Assembly: GCA_002189035.1 (NCBI GenBank)
Contig: NEEC01000010.1
Location: forward strand, 2,480,001-2,544,000
Direction: 5' to 3'
DNA length: 64,000 bases
Source: Utricularia gibba
Lineage: Eukaryota > Plantae > Magnoliophyta
Position 1 is the first letter of the stretch, and the number at the start of each line of letters is the position of its first letter. Positions 11,055 to 23,465 of the stretch are shown here, piece after piece. The position numbers and the translations under genes were made by a program. The notes beneath the pieces are model-generated. The model was not told where the DNA came from and searched no databases. It worked only from the letters and a program-made list of their open reading frames with translations.

Positions 11055-12563
11055 ATGGATTCTGATGATTCCAAATACCCATTTTTTGAGCCTTTTTTTG
11101 GTTACCCGGCATTCGAACATGTTGAGCACCAGTTTGAGACGAAGCCCGGCTTCGAGGAAGAACAGGGGAGTGGCATGGAGGGGTCATTAGTCGCACCTAG
11201 GCCAATGGAAGCATTGTTTGTGAACCCAATTCCGCCGTTTTTGTCGAAGACTTTTGATTTGATCAGTGATTCTTCATTGGATGCTATAATTTCATGGGGT
11301 CCTCTTGGCCAAAGCTTTGTTGTATGGGATCCAGTGGAATTTGCGAGGACGATTCTGCCAAGGAATTTCAAGCATAATAACTTCTCGAGCTTCGTTCGTC
11401 AGCTGAACACTTATGTGGGTACCGTAGTTTCTTTCTTTGTTTACTGGCTTCTCTGTGTTTTTGAAATTCATCTTATACTCGTGATATGAAGTTATGTGTT
11501 GTTTTGAGGCTTGCAATGGGAAACTACATGGATATGATAGTTTCTTCACTTTCAGCTCCAGAGACCTTTGTACTGTGGTGTGAAGTTCAACTTCTGATAG
11601 CCAAAAGGGGAACATATTCCCCTGACTATGCTGTGTCTTTTCATCATCCTTTTAATATGAGCTTTCTTCTTCTTGCTGTCTTTGCTGAAAATTGTTTCAA
11701 GAATCTTTCAGGGATTTCGGAAGATCGATGCAGATAAATGGGAGTTTGCAAATGAAAGATTTATACGAGGACAGAAGCATCTACTTAGAGCAATACAAAG
11801 GCGAAGATCATCATCCCTGCCTCTGCAAATTGGTCCGCTGAATGAAACAGGGAGACATGAGATGGAGAGTGAGATTGAGCGTTTAAAGGAAGAGAAAACC
11901 CTGATGATGATGGAGCTGACTAAGCTTCAGGAACAGCAACAAGGAGCAGCTCAGCACATAGAGCGTGTGAAAGAGAGGCTCCACAAAGCAGAAGTTAAGC
12001 AAAAGCAAATGGTCTCCTTCATAGGGAAGTTTCAGAATCCAGAATTCATTTCATATCTCCAACAGTTATCAGATAACAAATCCATTGAATCACCTAAACA
12101 GACGCGGAAGTTCCTGAAACAGCATGCTCATACAACAGTTGCCACAGATTACACTTCCTCTGGACAGATTGTGAAGTGTGAACAAGAGGATCCATTCACT
12201 TTGGAGCATCTGGTTGGCTACCATCATCCAATACATCCTGCTGAGTTTGAAGACAAATTCAAGACAGTGCAGCAATCTCTCAGCACCCCAAATCATGATG
12301 AAGTCGGAGCACCATCCGGTGAGCTTGGAAACTACAGGCCGCACTCCGAGCAAAGCTTTCCAGCCATTCCATATACTCAGAGCACGCTCCAAGGAGAGGG
12401 CGTTTGGAACATCCAAAGCTCGATACTGGAGTTACCAAGGAACGTCGACAGCTTCTATTTTAGGGGAGGAGACGATTCATCAAATACTTGGAACTATGAC
12501 TCATTTTTGCAGACACAAAGTTTCAGGGTAGATGAAGAGGAGACTTGGCATTGGGATCCATAA
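11055..12563 (+). CDS. HSFA3: Class A heat stress transcription factor (HsfA3-like); exons 11055-11414 and 11712-12563
   Basis: [12 protein letters not shown]...[31 protein letters not shown]|[18 protein letters not shown]-binding domain with the conserved intron; HR-A/B heptads; Trp/acidic C-terminus. Confidence 0.9.
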
Positions 12564-12705
12564 TACATATATATTCTTCTTATATCCATCTGGGACCCCA
12601 AAATATAGCCGTTGTAGCTGCGCAATGTTCACACTTCACAGGCGATTTGAAATATTGTTTTCCACGTGCGTCAATCTTTTTTTTAAAAAAACCGTAACTC
12701 ATTCA

Positions 12706-12731
<26 letters not shown>
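12706..12731. repeat. (AT)n microsatellite
   Basis: Directly visible AT dinucleotide run between HSFA3 and the HD2 gene. Confidence 0.9.
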
Positions 12732-12736
<5 letters not shown>

Positions 12737-13010
12737 TCTATAAAATAAATCGATTATAGGAGTTAATTTTTATAACTATAAAGCTAATTATTAAATTTGG
12801 AGAAAAATAAAATAAATCAATAATTATCAAAAGTGCTCCTTCCAATAAAAACTGGACAGCTCACAACAGGCCCAAAATTGGAAAGCCGGAACGGCCGGCC
12901 CACTTTCGTCTTGCCTCTTTTTAAACCCTAGAGAGTTCCTCTCCCTGCTGCATCGATTTTCTTGCTGCTCATTTTGGTAAAACCCTACAGAAGGTTGTGA
13001 GTACTTCGAT

Positions 13011-15441
13011 ATGGAATTTTGGGGTAAGTGTGTTGTTGCTTTTATATCTGCATTAGCGGCCGTCCAATCTTACGCAAGCAATTGCATTTTTCGTTTTCGA
13101 GGGCTACGTCGTGTATCCTAGGGCCGCATTTGTTGTGCTTTTTACTTGTTTCTGGTTGAAATGTTTGTTTTGCGTTGTTTGTTTTACTTGGAAGCCCATG
13201 TTTGGAGGGGTAGGTTTTTCCTTTTGGAACGTGTATGAATATTTTCTGTGTAAATGCTCTTTGATTTCCTTCATCCTGGACTTGAAGTTAGATTTTGATT
13301 GTTATTATACAAAGGTGCATTTTTTCGTTCTTTATAGAGAAGCAAGATTTTCATTGTAAGTTCTCCATTCCCGTATCGTCTCTAGCTTTGTGGATTGAGT
13401 TGTGCTGTGAAATATTTATCACTGATTCTACCTGTCACTGAGTATTAAATTTTATATTACGACAATTTAGAGTTGTGGCTTGTGGATAGATGACTATAAT
13501 TGTGTTTATAAAAATTTATAGTTATAATTTTCTTAAAGTAATATATGCAAGATTTCCTAAATAATCTAATAGATTTGACTTTCAGGAATTGAGGTAAAAA
13601 GTGGAGAGACTTTTAAGGTATCACCTGGGGATGGCATGGTTTTGCACCTTTCACAGGTATGTCAATTCAATGAATTATGATCGTGGAATTGAAGTTCCTA
13701 GAGACTCAAGTAAAAATTTGAGATCCATTTTCCATGTAAGTTGGTATGTTATTTTTTCCCTTTTAGGCTTCTATTGGTGAAACCAAGCATGATAAGGACT
13801 CCAGCGTCCACTTGTTTATGAATGTTGATGGCAAGAAACTTGTTCTGGGGACTCTCTTCTCCCAAAGGTTACCTCAGCAACAGTTTGACCTAGTTTTTGA
13901 ACGTGACTTTGAGCTATCTCACAACCTCAAAAATGGGAGTGTTTACTTCTTTGGATACAAGGCCACAAACCCTGTGGAAGATGAATATCCTTTTTTCAAA
14001 ATTACATCACAGTAAATTCTTGAAGGCTCTTTGGTATTTTTATTCACTAAACATTTCCTTGACTTTTAGTCTATTGTTTCTTTCACTGAGTTTCCTGAGG
14101 GAGATTCTGGTAAATTTCTCCTTTTGGTCTTGTTTTTTGTCTTTGCCCCACATCTCATCCTCATAGAATTTTTCCAACTTATTTATATTGGATCTGCATT
14201 GCAGATGAAATTGACACAGATGAGGAGAATCCTTTGAACCTTGAACATAATGGTATCCTGTAATTACTTTCCTCTTATTTTGCCAAGCATTTTGAGGGGT
14301 CTTCTAAATATTCAGTTGATATTAAAATTGCAGGTAGACTTGAAACCAAAGGCAAACAAGATAAACCCGCTGAAGTTCAGACGGCAAAGGCTGCCAAGGA
14401 AAAACAGCCCGATGCTGGAAGAAAGGTTAAGATTGTTGAACCTAATAAGGAAGCTGCTCATCAAGATGATGATGACGATAGTGATGATATGATGTCTGAT
14501 GATGAAGATGATTCTGAGGTACACGTTATTTTGAAACCAGGAAACATGATTTAATTCTACTAGAGAAAATGTTTTAATTCTGCAAATTCTTTCTGATTCT
14601 TCAAATTCCTTATTCTTGGTTGCTCACAATATTTCGATTATTATAGAATGAGTTAGTTTAAATTTAGCGTTGCTATGGTTTGTAATTTTTTTCGATTATT
14701 ATGGATGACAATTGTAAGCTGAACCCATTGGTCTTTGTTATGACATTGTAGGATGGCAATGGCTTGGGCGACTCCGATGATGATGACGACTCAGATGAGG
14801 ATGAGGAGGATGATGATGAAGATAATGAAGAGACTCCTCCAAGGAAGGTTTGTGACTCTTCTGGTGTTTTATTTGTACTGGGTATGATGACATTGACATC
14901 TAGCAGGAAAAGGCTTGTAGAACCTATGTTTTACCCTATGTTTCTTCCTTTATCAGGTTGAATCTAGCAAGAAGAGAGTTGTAGAGTCTGCTTCAAAAAC
15001 ACCTGTTCCTAATAAAAAGGCGAAAGTGAACCCTCAGGGAACTGGTAAGATTTCTTTCGTGTTGCTGATATTTTTGCCACTTAACAGTTTTGTTTCGTTG
15101 CAAGGGTATGTTGCTTACAGTTTCAATAAAGATGTACTGTATTATCTTAATTCCTTCACCATTTGCAGATGGGAAAAAGGTCGGAGGTCATGTCTCTACC
15201 CCATACCCATCTAAGCAAGCTGGGAAGGTAGCTGCAAAAGGCACAAACGAGAAAACCCCAAAATCAGCTGGAGCACATGAGTGCAAGAGCTGCTCGAGGT
15301 AATTGCTTACGATTATAGATGAAAGTTACCAACGGGTGAATAGCTTGTGAAGGATGAACTCTGATAGACTATTCGTTTTACAGGTTATTTGGCTCTGAGC
15401 AAGCTCTTGATAGCCACAATAAAGCTAAGCACGGGAAGTAA
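13011..15441 (+). CDS. HDT: HD2-type (HD-tuin) histone deacetylase with C-terminal C2H2 finger; 10 exons (13011-13023, 13586-13656, 13767-13984, 14087-14109, 14205-14252, 14334-14518, 14752-14847, 14957-15044, 15169-15298, 15384-15441)
   Basis: MEFWG pentapeptide, LHLSQ, KLVLGTL, QQFDLVFERDFELSHN, acidic D/E tracts, KRVVESASKTPVPNKKAK, CKSCSR..H...KH zinc finger. Intron 3 is AT-AC. Confidence 0.96.
13985..14086 (+). other. U12-type (minor spliceosome) AT-AC intron
   Basis: 5' site ATATCCTTT at 13985, branch TTTCCTTGAC at 14054-14063, terminal AC at 14085-14086. Splicing restores the frame (..VEDD EFPEGDS..). Confidence 0.85.
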
Positions 15442-15857
15442 GTAGTAACATGAAGTCAATGCATTTTTGGGACAATTTCAACATCCAGTGTAAAGCCCCA
15501 AGGACGGTTCTAGTAGACCACTATGTTATTTGTGAGACTAATGCTCATTTCTTTTCTGTTGATTGACAAGGGAATTGCCCAACCTCTTAATTCATCTCTC
15601 CAGCACTGCTTTTTCTTAGTGTGAAGTCTGAAACCTGGACAATCCTACAGATTCACTTATAAAGTAGATTTGATGAACTGAAAAAGGTCAACTCAACTCA
15701 ACCTCATAACTGAAACACCAGTACATTACAACACCTAAAGGTGAACAAAGTTACAATGGAGCATCAGATACATCAGGAATCAGCACGCAAAAGACATCAA
15801 TCAGCAATTAGTCTTGAAAATGGTTTACTCAGTTCTTTGTGAATGTTGAGAGAGAGA

Positions 15858-17387
15858 TTAATCCTCTGTTGGCATAGGGATGTTGATGTCCGGATGCGGA
15901 TGCCAGATGATGGAAGCTGGGTAGCCGGAGCCATTCTGGTTGCCGTTGCCGGAGTGCAAATCCCTTTTGCTGAAACTCTGATCAGCTTCTCCCTGGCTCC
16001 GTGAGATGTCAAGGGATTGAATTGGGGTGCTTTCTGGCGCTTCTTGTGATATCGGTGTAGCAGACACAACCGTGGCCAGAGGCGCAGCGACTGCTGGTGA
16101 TGGCCTATGTTTCTGCATCTTGAATCCATTTGGAACGAAGGTTCCAACCACAATCTGGATATCATGATGGTACACTTAGCCTTATTACATCATGGAAAAA
16201 TGAACTTACTGATAAGAAGAGGATGCAAGGAGCCCTCATGCCTGAATCAGGCTTGCAGCAGTGAGCATTCCGGCCACCCCACCGCCGATGACACGGCCAC
16301 TCTGGCTGGCCAACGAGATGCTCAACCCGCCGGTACGGCTCTTGATTCCGGCATCATCTGACACAGTGTATGATCCACTGAGAGTCAAGATATCAAACAG
16401 CCCCTGCATTCATCACAAAGTTTTAACACGTTTCCTGCTTTCAACGAAGAAGAGAAATTCACAGGCCTCATATGTCATTAAGCCGCCAGATGAACCAGGG
16501 TGCCTGAGGGTAGCACTGGAGACAGGGCCATTGGCTGAGAGCACACATATCCCTTGATTCCCCTTTTGAGCAAAGGTGAGTATCTTACCTGCAACATCCT
16601 GGAAGCATGGAGTAAAATCAATGGAAATCATGAAGATTGGAACTTTTCTAAAGGCTTGCAGTTGCAGATAGTGAATATGAAGTTCTCATTACCTCCCCAG
16701 CTTCCACAGTGATAACATGGGGAGTAAAGTCTCCACATGCTGTCATTTCACCTACAGAAACAGTGGGACAGAATCATATCTCACGAACATAGACAGAGAA
16801 AACCAAAAGGAAGCTTCATTACGGTGTACGGAAGGTTAGATCTGGATGAACACTCGCAAGAAATGGAGAGAAAGAAGATGAGTGCACACGCAATACAAAG
16901 TTTGACCATGGATCTTAGTGGGGAATGGGTTGAGAACCAGAGTAGCATGAAGAAGAGGTTAAGTGAGATGGAAATTACCCATAGCAGCAAGAGTTTTCAA
17001 GTTCTTTGAACCAGGCGGCCGGCCACGACCGCGCTTTGCGCCAGAAGAGAGCTCATACGACGGCGGAGATGGTAGATTAAAGCCCTCAGACAGCGGCGGA
17101 GGAGAAGGCTTTATGTACGACGGATTAAGATTACCCTCGGCGTCGTACTTCCTCGGCCTACCCCTTTTCTTCTTCCCCAACGTCGAGAAGAAGTCTCCGT
17201 TTCGACTGCTCCCACCTGCAGCCACCGCGTTTGTGGTCACCACCTCCCCGCTAATGTTCATGGTGAGTGCACCCGGAACCCCACCACCGCCTCGGCCGAA
17301 GGACTCCCCGCCGGTGGACGGCGACTCCAGCTCCATATTACCATTCAAGGACCCAGAATCAGTGGGTTCTCTGTCCTCAATCTCCAT
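15858..17387 (-). CDS. AHL: AT-hook motif nuclear-localized protein, clade B (two AT-hooks plus PPC domain); 5 exons (17387-16979, 16751-16693, 16598-16467, 16403-16242, 16154-15858)
   Basis: KKKRGRPRKY and KRGRGRPPGS AT-hooks; FTPHVITVEAGE|DVAGKIL..ICVLSANG..TYE|GLFDILTLSGS..GGLSISLA..RVIGGGVAGMLTAA..Q|IVVGTF. Introns 3 and 4 need GC donors. Confidence 0.95.
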
Positions 17388-18166
17388 GACTATCACAAAA
17401 ATCCACCCAAACAAAGATTTCAAATTTTCAAAACACAAAAAAAGACGCAGGTGAAGAAATGGCGGGCGAAACTTGCAGCAGAAAACCCCAGATTTGGCTT
17501 CGTCTGCTAAGTTATGGGAAATGTGCAGAGAGCTGAGTTCCCTCCCTCCATTAATGCCGTTGAAAGAAGGAAATAAAAAAAACAATAAAATAAAATAATT
17601 AGCAAAAAACGCCGGCTATAAACATTTAATTTTTTTAATCTTAAAAAAGAAAAAAAATGCAAAACGCAAATATTTTTTTAGGATAAAGAATCTCCATTAA
17701 TTAATATTGAGCGTAAAAATCGAATTATTTAATGCTGAATTAATTTCCTTAATAATGTGAAGATTACAATGTTCATCATGTCCGTGTGAATAAATGTCCA
17801 TTAAATTTCGTTATTATTGTGTTATTCCTGCCTTATTACATAGACTAATTATGTTTAGAGCCTGGAGCAATGATTCATTACAATAAATAGGGTATTTACA
17901 TAGAATAGGGAGGAGCACTCAATCCCAAAAATCATGTACAAAATACAGAAATAATAAGAAATCTCAAACCAAATACTATATTCCTATTTCAATGGCCTTT
18001 AATTTCCTCACATTATTTTAAAATTGGAAACACAAACCCAACTCATGGGTTAATACAACTAACCATGGTTAGCAATGCCAACTTATAGATGGTATGTTCA
18101 TGCTCACAAGCTGCCAATACGCTAAGAATGCAAACAAAAAAGATTAGCAATTAGCAGCACCTCTAG

Positions 18167-20842
18167 TTACAAAAATATGAGCACAAAGAATACCAGCAGC
18201 AGGAGGCTGCAGTTAGCATATGTTTCATGGGGAGCGGTTCGAGATGAGCTTCGGCTCACACTCAGCTGCCCGGAATTCATGAATTCATCTCTCCCGTAGG
18301 TTATGGATACATTCACAGAAGAGGAGCCTGAAAAGGGAGAAGGAAGAACAGATTAAAGTGGAGTTGAAAAGGCAAGATTGAAGTGTAGGGGGGAATGGAG
18401 GAAGGAGCAGCCTACAATCAAAATCAGTCCATCCGATCCTCTGCCGAGCTAAGTCGTAGACGAAAATCTTATCCTTGAGAACAAGATCTGGGGGAGAATC
18501 AGCTGTTAGCATACTTTCAAGTAGTTGTTAGCATACTTTCAAGAGGGGTGTCTTGGATATGCAACCCACCTCCTAATATTGTCATTCCTTGATTCTGAAC
18601 CTTCACGAACCCTATGCACCAAACTGTGGCGCCATCCTGTTAAAGGGGAAGGAGAAGTGGTGAAAATTGCGTTTGAGTGATGATTGTTGGCGTTTAAGGT
18701 TAAAGCTGTGCCCTGATGAAGGACTCACAAGGAATCCAGAGTGCAGAAGGTAGTCTGCTGGTCTTAACAACAGTGATGCACCTCCAGTGAAAATGAAAGC
18801 TACCGCAGGGAATACATCGGATACACTAGAAATAAACCAGAAGTATTAAGTGTTTGTGAGGAGGCTAAACACACCAGTTAGATGGGCAGGAGAAAAGAAA
18901 AAAAAACCTTGTGGAGAGCACATAGCATTGATTTCCCTTAGACGTAATTGATCTGACGGATTGAGATACAACAGAAGTTATCTGCAGAACAGTAGGAGAA
19001 CGTAAGCCAACTTCACGGCAGATTAAAAATGTTCGAGGAGCCATAAGATCAAATGAGTTTTTTTTCAGATAGAGACCAGGATTCAGAAGGACCAATTACT
19101 ACAAAGAAACATTCTAGCTCTGACTATGATAATACAGGAGGAAGAAGGTAGGGATTACATACAGCAGCGACAAGTGGATCATATGCTGCTTCTACTAGGT
19201 ATGCTAAAGTTGTTCCCGAATCAACAATAGTTCCTTGGTTTCCAGAGGTCATAAACACTGCTTCATCAATGGGCAAAGACTGCCCATTGACCGCAATGCT
19301 CTGCAGATACAAATTATAATGAGGCCTGAAAAATCAGAAAGAAAAAATCAAAATGTGTATGTAAGAATGATCCCATGCACGGGTCTTAAAATTTTCCTGA
19401 TCAACACAAGAACTGAAAAACTGGGAACCCAGACTCAGGCTTGTGATCATCATTTCATTCTTTTACGATGAAATAAGCAGCAACAGGTGAAATGTTAATT
19501 TACAGTTGCACTTTGTAAAGTACGTACTGTGATGGAACAAGGGGTGTATAAACGATACTTGGATCCAATATCTCACCAAGAACAAGTATACCCCCACCAT
19601 TGCCCTCGCCTTTCAGACAGTGAGAGAATACTCTAGGTGTTAACCCAAGAGAAGACAACTGTGATATCACTGAAAGACCATGCTGGCCAAATCCAAATAT
19701 CCCATCAACTGCTCTATCTGATTTAGTCAAATCCCCGTATACAGAGGTGCTGCACCTGGCCATATATTCAATTCAACTCTTCAACACACTCAAACACAAT
19801 GTTAGAAGGTAAAGGAACAAAAGGTGCCACGAGATACAACACATCGAAAGCAGCCACCATAGATACCCAGGGGCCTGATGAAGGTAAAAGTGTGCATCAA
19901 TACAGTACAGTCAACAGACGAACAAGAAAAAAAGGGAACAGAAGATGCATACCCAAAAACAATAGACGCAGAGGAGTTGGCTTCTAACGAGTTACCCAAA
20001 ATTGAATCGAAATGGAATCTGTCGTATAAATACGATCCAGAAGCCCCACTTCCATCTCCATATTGGAATGAGAAATCACATCTGTTGCTGTCAGTGGAAC
20101 ATTCGGCAGAAGAAATTTGAATAATGGAACTGCATACGCTTTCAGAACATGAAATTGGCGCAACAGTCGAAGATGCAGCAGGATCAAACAAGTTGACTGG
20201 AATCTGTGAGTAAATAGAATTGAATGACATTGACCAAGAAATTGAAGGTACAAAAGAATTACAAACGTTAAGAGTTTTTACCCCCAGTCCGCTATTATGG
20301 GGGCAATTGCTACAGGAACTGCAAGCCACCCACAAAATATCACTCCCAGTATCAATCTGAACATTGAACTCCTGTGGCGGAGATCCCAATCTTACTTTTG
20401 TGTAATACAGCCTACAGAAACATAAAAAATGCAGATGAACATCATAGCAAATGTATCTGGATCAGTGAATATTACGCGGGTGCAAGAAACAAACAAACAG
20501 AATGAAAATGGCTACGACCATTCACCAACCAAACTAAGCTGAACATCAGATTGCACAAAAAATTCAGAAAGGCGATTCATAATTTTACCCCACGGCGTAA
20601 GGATCGGAGGAACCCCCGACAGGAAAATTCACAATTCCACCGGAGAATCCCTGCAGCATCCGTGCATGCCTCGCACGATCCCTAGCCTTAATCTCCTCCA
20701 ACTCCATCGTCTCCCCAATCGGAGAAACCCTCTCCAGACGCAAAATCTGCTGAAAACCACCACCGCCCCCGAAAGCAGCCACCACATCAGCGGCCGTAAG
20801 CAGGACGACTGCCGCCATCAGAAACAAACCCCCGGCAGCCAT
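18167..20842 (-). CDS. A1-family aspartic proteinase (aspartic proteinase 36/39-like), signal peptide and probable GPI tail; 10 exons
   Basis: Both catalytic motifs ([22 protein letters not shown]), [44 protein letters not shown], and a hydrophobic C-terminus. GT-AG junctions traced for all exons. Confidence 0.95.
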
Positions 20843-21823
20843 CGCTTCCCCCAATGGTGACGAATGAGCTAGTTTCCGAGTGGGTATCAGGGGTCCATGA
20901 AAAAGGGGAAACGATCACACAGCATCCCAGGGTTCTGCAAGGATTTCCTCCAACTTGGACTGATTCCACGAAGACCACCCAAAGAAGTGACCTCAACACA
21001 CAGGTACACGCATGGATGTCTGTGTGCGTGACCAGAAGATAGCCGTAATTTTCGACGACGCTTTATTTAGGCAAATTCGAATTTGAATTGCTCAACACTG
21101 CTTTAAGGAAGCATACCCACGGTGCCAAATCCACGAAACTGGTCGACACGATGCAAGAAATCACTAGGGTTTACCTCCTCCGGCAATTCATTTGATTCAG
21201 AAACATGATCCCGCCGGATCTTCTTGTGCATTGCAGAAGGGATAGCTCATGCCTTCAACTCGTTCTAAACAAACCCCCTTCTTTTTATCAAACCTAAATA
21301 TGATGAAAAATAAATATATTTTACAATATACAAGCAATTTATAAAATAATTATACAATTTTTCTAAAAATATTTATCAAATATAAAGATGATAAGAGGGA
21401 TTTTTTAATCATTTTAATTTTGTTTATTAATTATTATTATTATTTATTTAAATACAAATAATTTAAATATATTATTAATTAAAGCATTCCAGTTTCACAA
21501 AAAGGAGCATTGAGGTAACTGGAGTGCCGAACAAGAACAGATGATGACACTCAATCCGATGCCTGATAATCCTGTCTTAAATGCCAGTTCCCTGTCGGGC
21601 ATGAAGGATGCAATTCAACACGTTTTTACCAGGGCCAGATTGCCAGTATATTTACGGGAATCAGCAATAAGATTACAGAAAGGGGAACTAGATCATGCTA
21701 TGTCTCACACATTGCAAATGTCTCCAAAGTTCCATTCTCCGGGTTTACTAACTAACCTACAAAAGAATCAAAGGGGAAGGTTGGGGTCATGCTCATGCCA
21801 CCACTGTAACTCTGGGAAAATTC

Positions 21824-23013
21824 TCAGGATATAGAACCAGCGGCTTCTTCTAGTATTGTACGTGCTTCAGTTCCAGGATCAGCAAGTTCACAAGGGGTCT
21901 GGAAATGCAGAGAAATTCAGGTAACAGTTGAAAACGGACGTTGGCTGAGATGTAAGTCACATACCTTCCCATATACGTTTGTTAAAAGGGGGGATGCACC
22001 GTATGTGAGTAATAATCTGATGACATCTGCATATTCACCTCTTGCAGCATGGTGAAGAGGCTAAAAGATGAAGAACAGGAAGTGATAAGTACATAGCCGG
22101 TTATGGTTTGGTTGATTTTTCTCTGATGTGGGAACGAAGGTCAGATGGTGAATGAACAGAAGATGTCAAACTCACAGTGTCCCCTTCGGTGTCATCAGTA
22201 TCCAACATCCTCTTCACACGCTCAGGATTATTAGCATGGCTGATAAGAAGTTGGGCAATCTCTGTATAACCTGAAGAGTAGTTTCCACCAACGAAAGATA
22301 GATTGTCAACAGCATTTGTGATGAATAATTAGTCCATTCATGTACAAGATAACCAAAAAACACCTCCGGCACATGCGTCATGCAATGGAATCCCACCATC
22401 TTCATCCTTAGCCTCCAGGTTAGCCCCTCTTTCCAACAAAAACTGCAACAATTTTAAAGATTTTGGGTACTGGAATTGGCAATCTTAACTGCACGTAATC
22501 ATTGAATAAATTGCCTGACCTGAACACAATCCAAATGACCATAAAGGCAAGTCAGATGAAGAAGCGTGTCACCATCTTCCATTGGATCATCGATGTTTCC
22601 ATCATAATCGTCTGACAATTTCATAATAACATTCAAAACACAAGCACTCTGCAATCTAACAAAGCTTCTTTGTTCATACACGCGAACAAAGGAAGCCGCA
22701 ACGGAAGAGGAAAAAGGGCCAAATTACATGCATAAATCACAAATTTAAGCGCTGCAGAGGGCGCGTACATATAATAACGAGCCAAAGAAATTGAAATAGT
22801 TCAAGCGCACATACACCAGTATCAGTTACCTAAACAACGACGGAGCGCGTCCACGTCACCGGACTCGGCAGCCTCGACGATGGGCCGGAGATGGACAGGA
22901 ATTTCAGCGTGGTCAATGTCTTCATCATGTTCGGCGAACTCCAGGCCTCCATCATCGAATAGAGCATCGGCTTCCTCATCGCCGCCATCCCGTCTGCCGT
23001 TCGGCACCGCCAT
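21824..23013 (-). CDS. Ankyrin repeat protein (At3g09890-like); 6 exons (23013-22830, 22611-22520, 22442-22364, 22271-22176, 22060-21965, 21898-21824)
   Basis: GDTLLHLTCLYGHLDCVQ, GGIPLHDACAGGY and GDTPLHHAARGE ankyrin repeats with consistent splice phases. Confidence 0.92.
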
Positions 23014-23465
23014 CTTGGATAGGTGCTCGCGTCTTTCCGGTGGCGGTATGTACACTGAACCACCCACCAACGCCTCCCTGAAACCCGTACCACAGAAACA
23101 CTTTCTCCAGACCTAATCTCGCCGGGCCCAAATACAAATATGTGGGCCTATGCCCAACATGAAAAGACGAACTAAAATAGTCCAAGTTGGACCTTAGTGG
23201 GTAGTATTTTAAGAGGCCCATGAATCGCCATTTCCCCTTTATATCGACAAATTATTATTTGCTATTAATACAAATAAAATAAAGGTTATTTAATTAATGG
23301 TATACTTATATTGTTTATATTTAAATAATATGAATTATAATTAAAATTAAAAATATATATTTAATATATAAATTTGCATGGTTTACTTTTCTGTATTTAT
23401 CGGTATATTAGCAGCGCAGGGTGAGGTGAAACACACCTGAAGAAGAAGAACAAGGCTTACATAGC

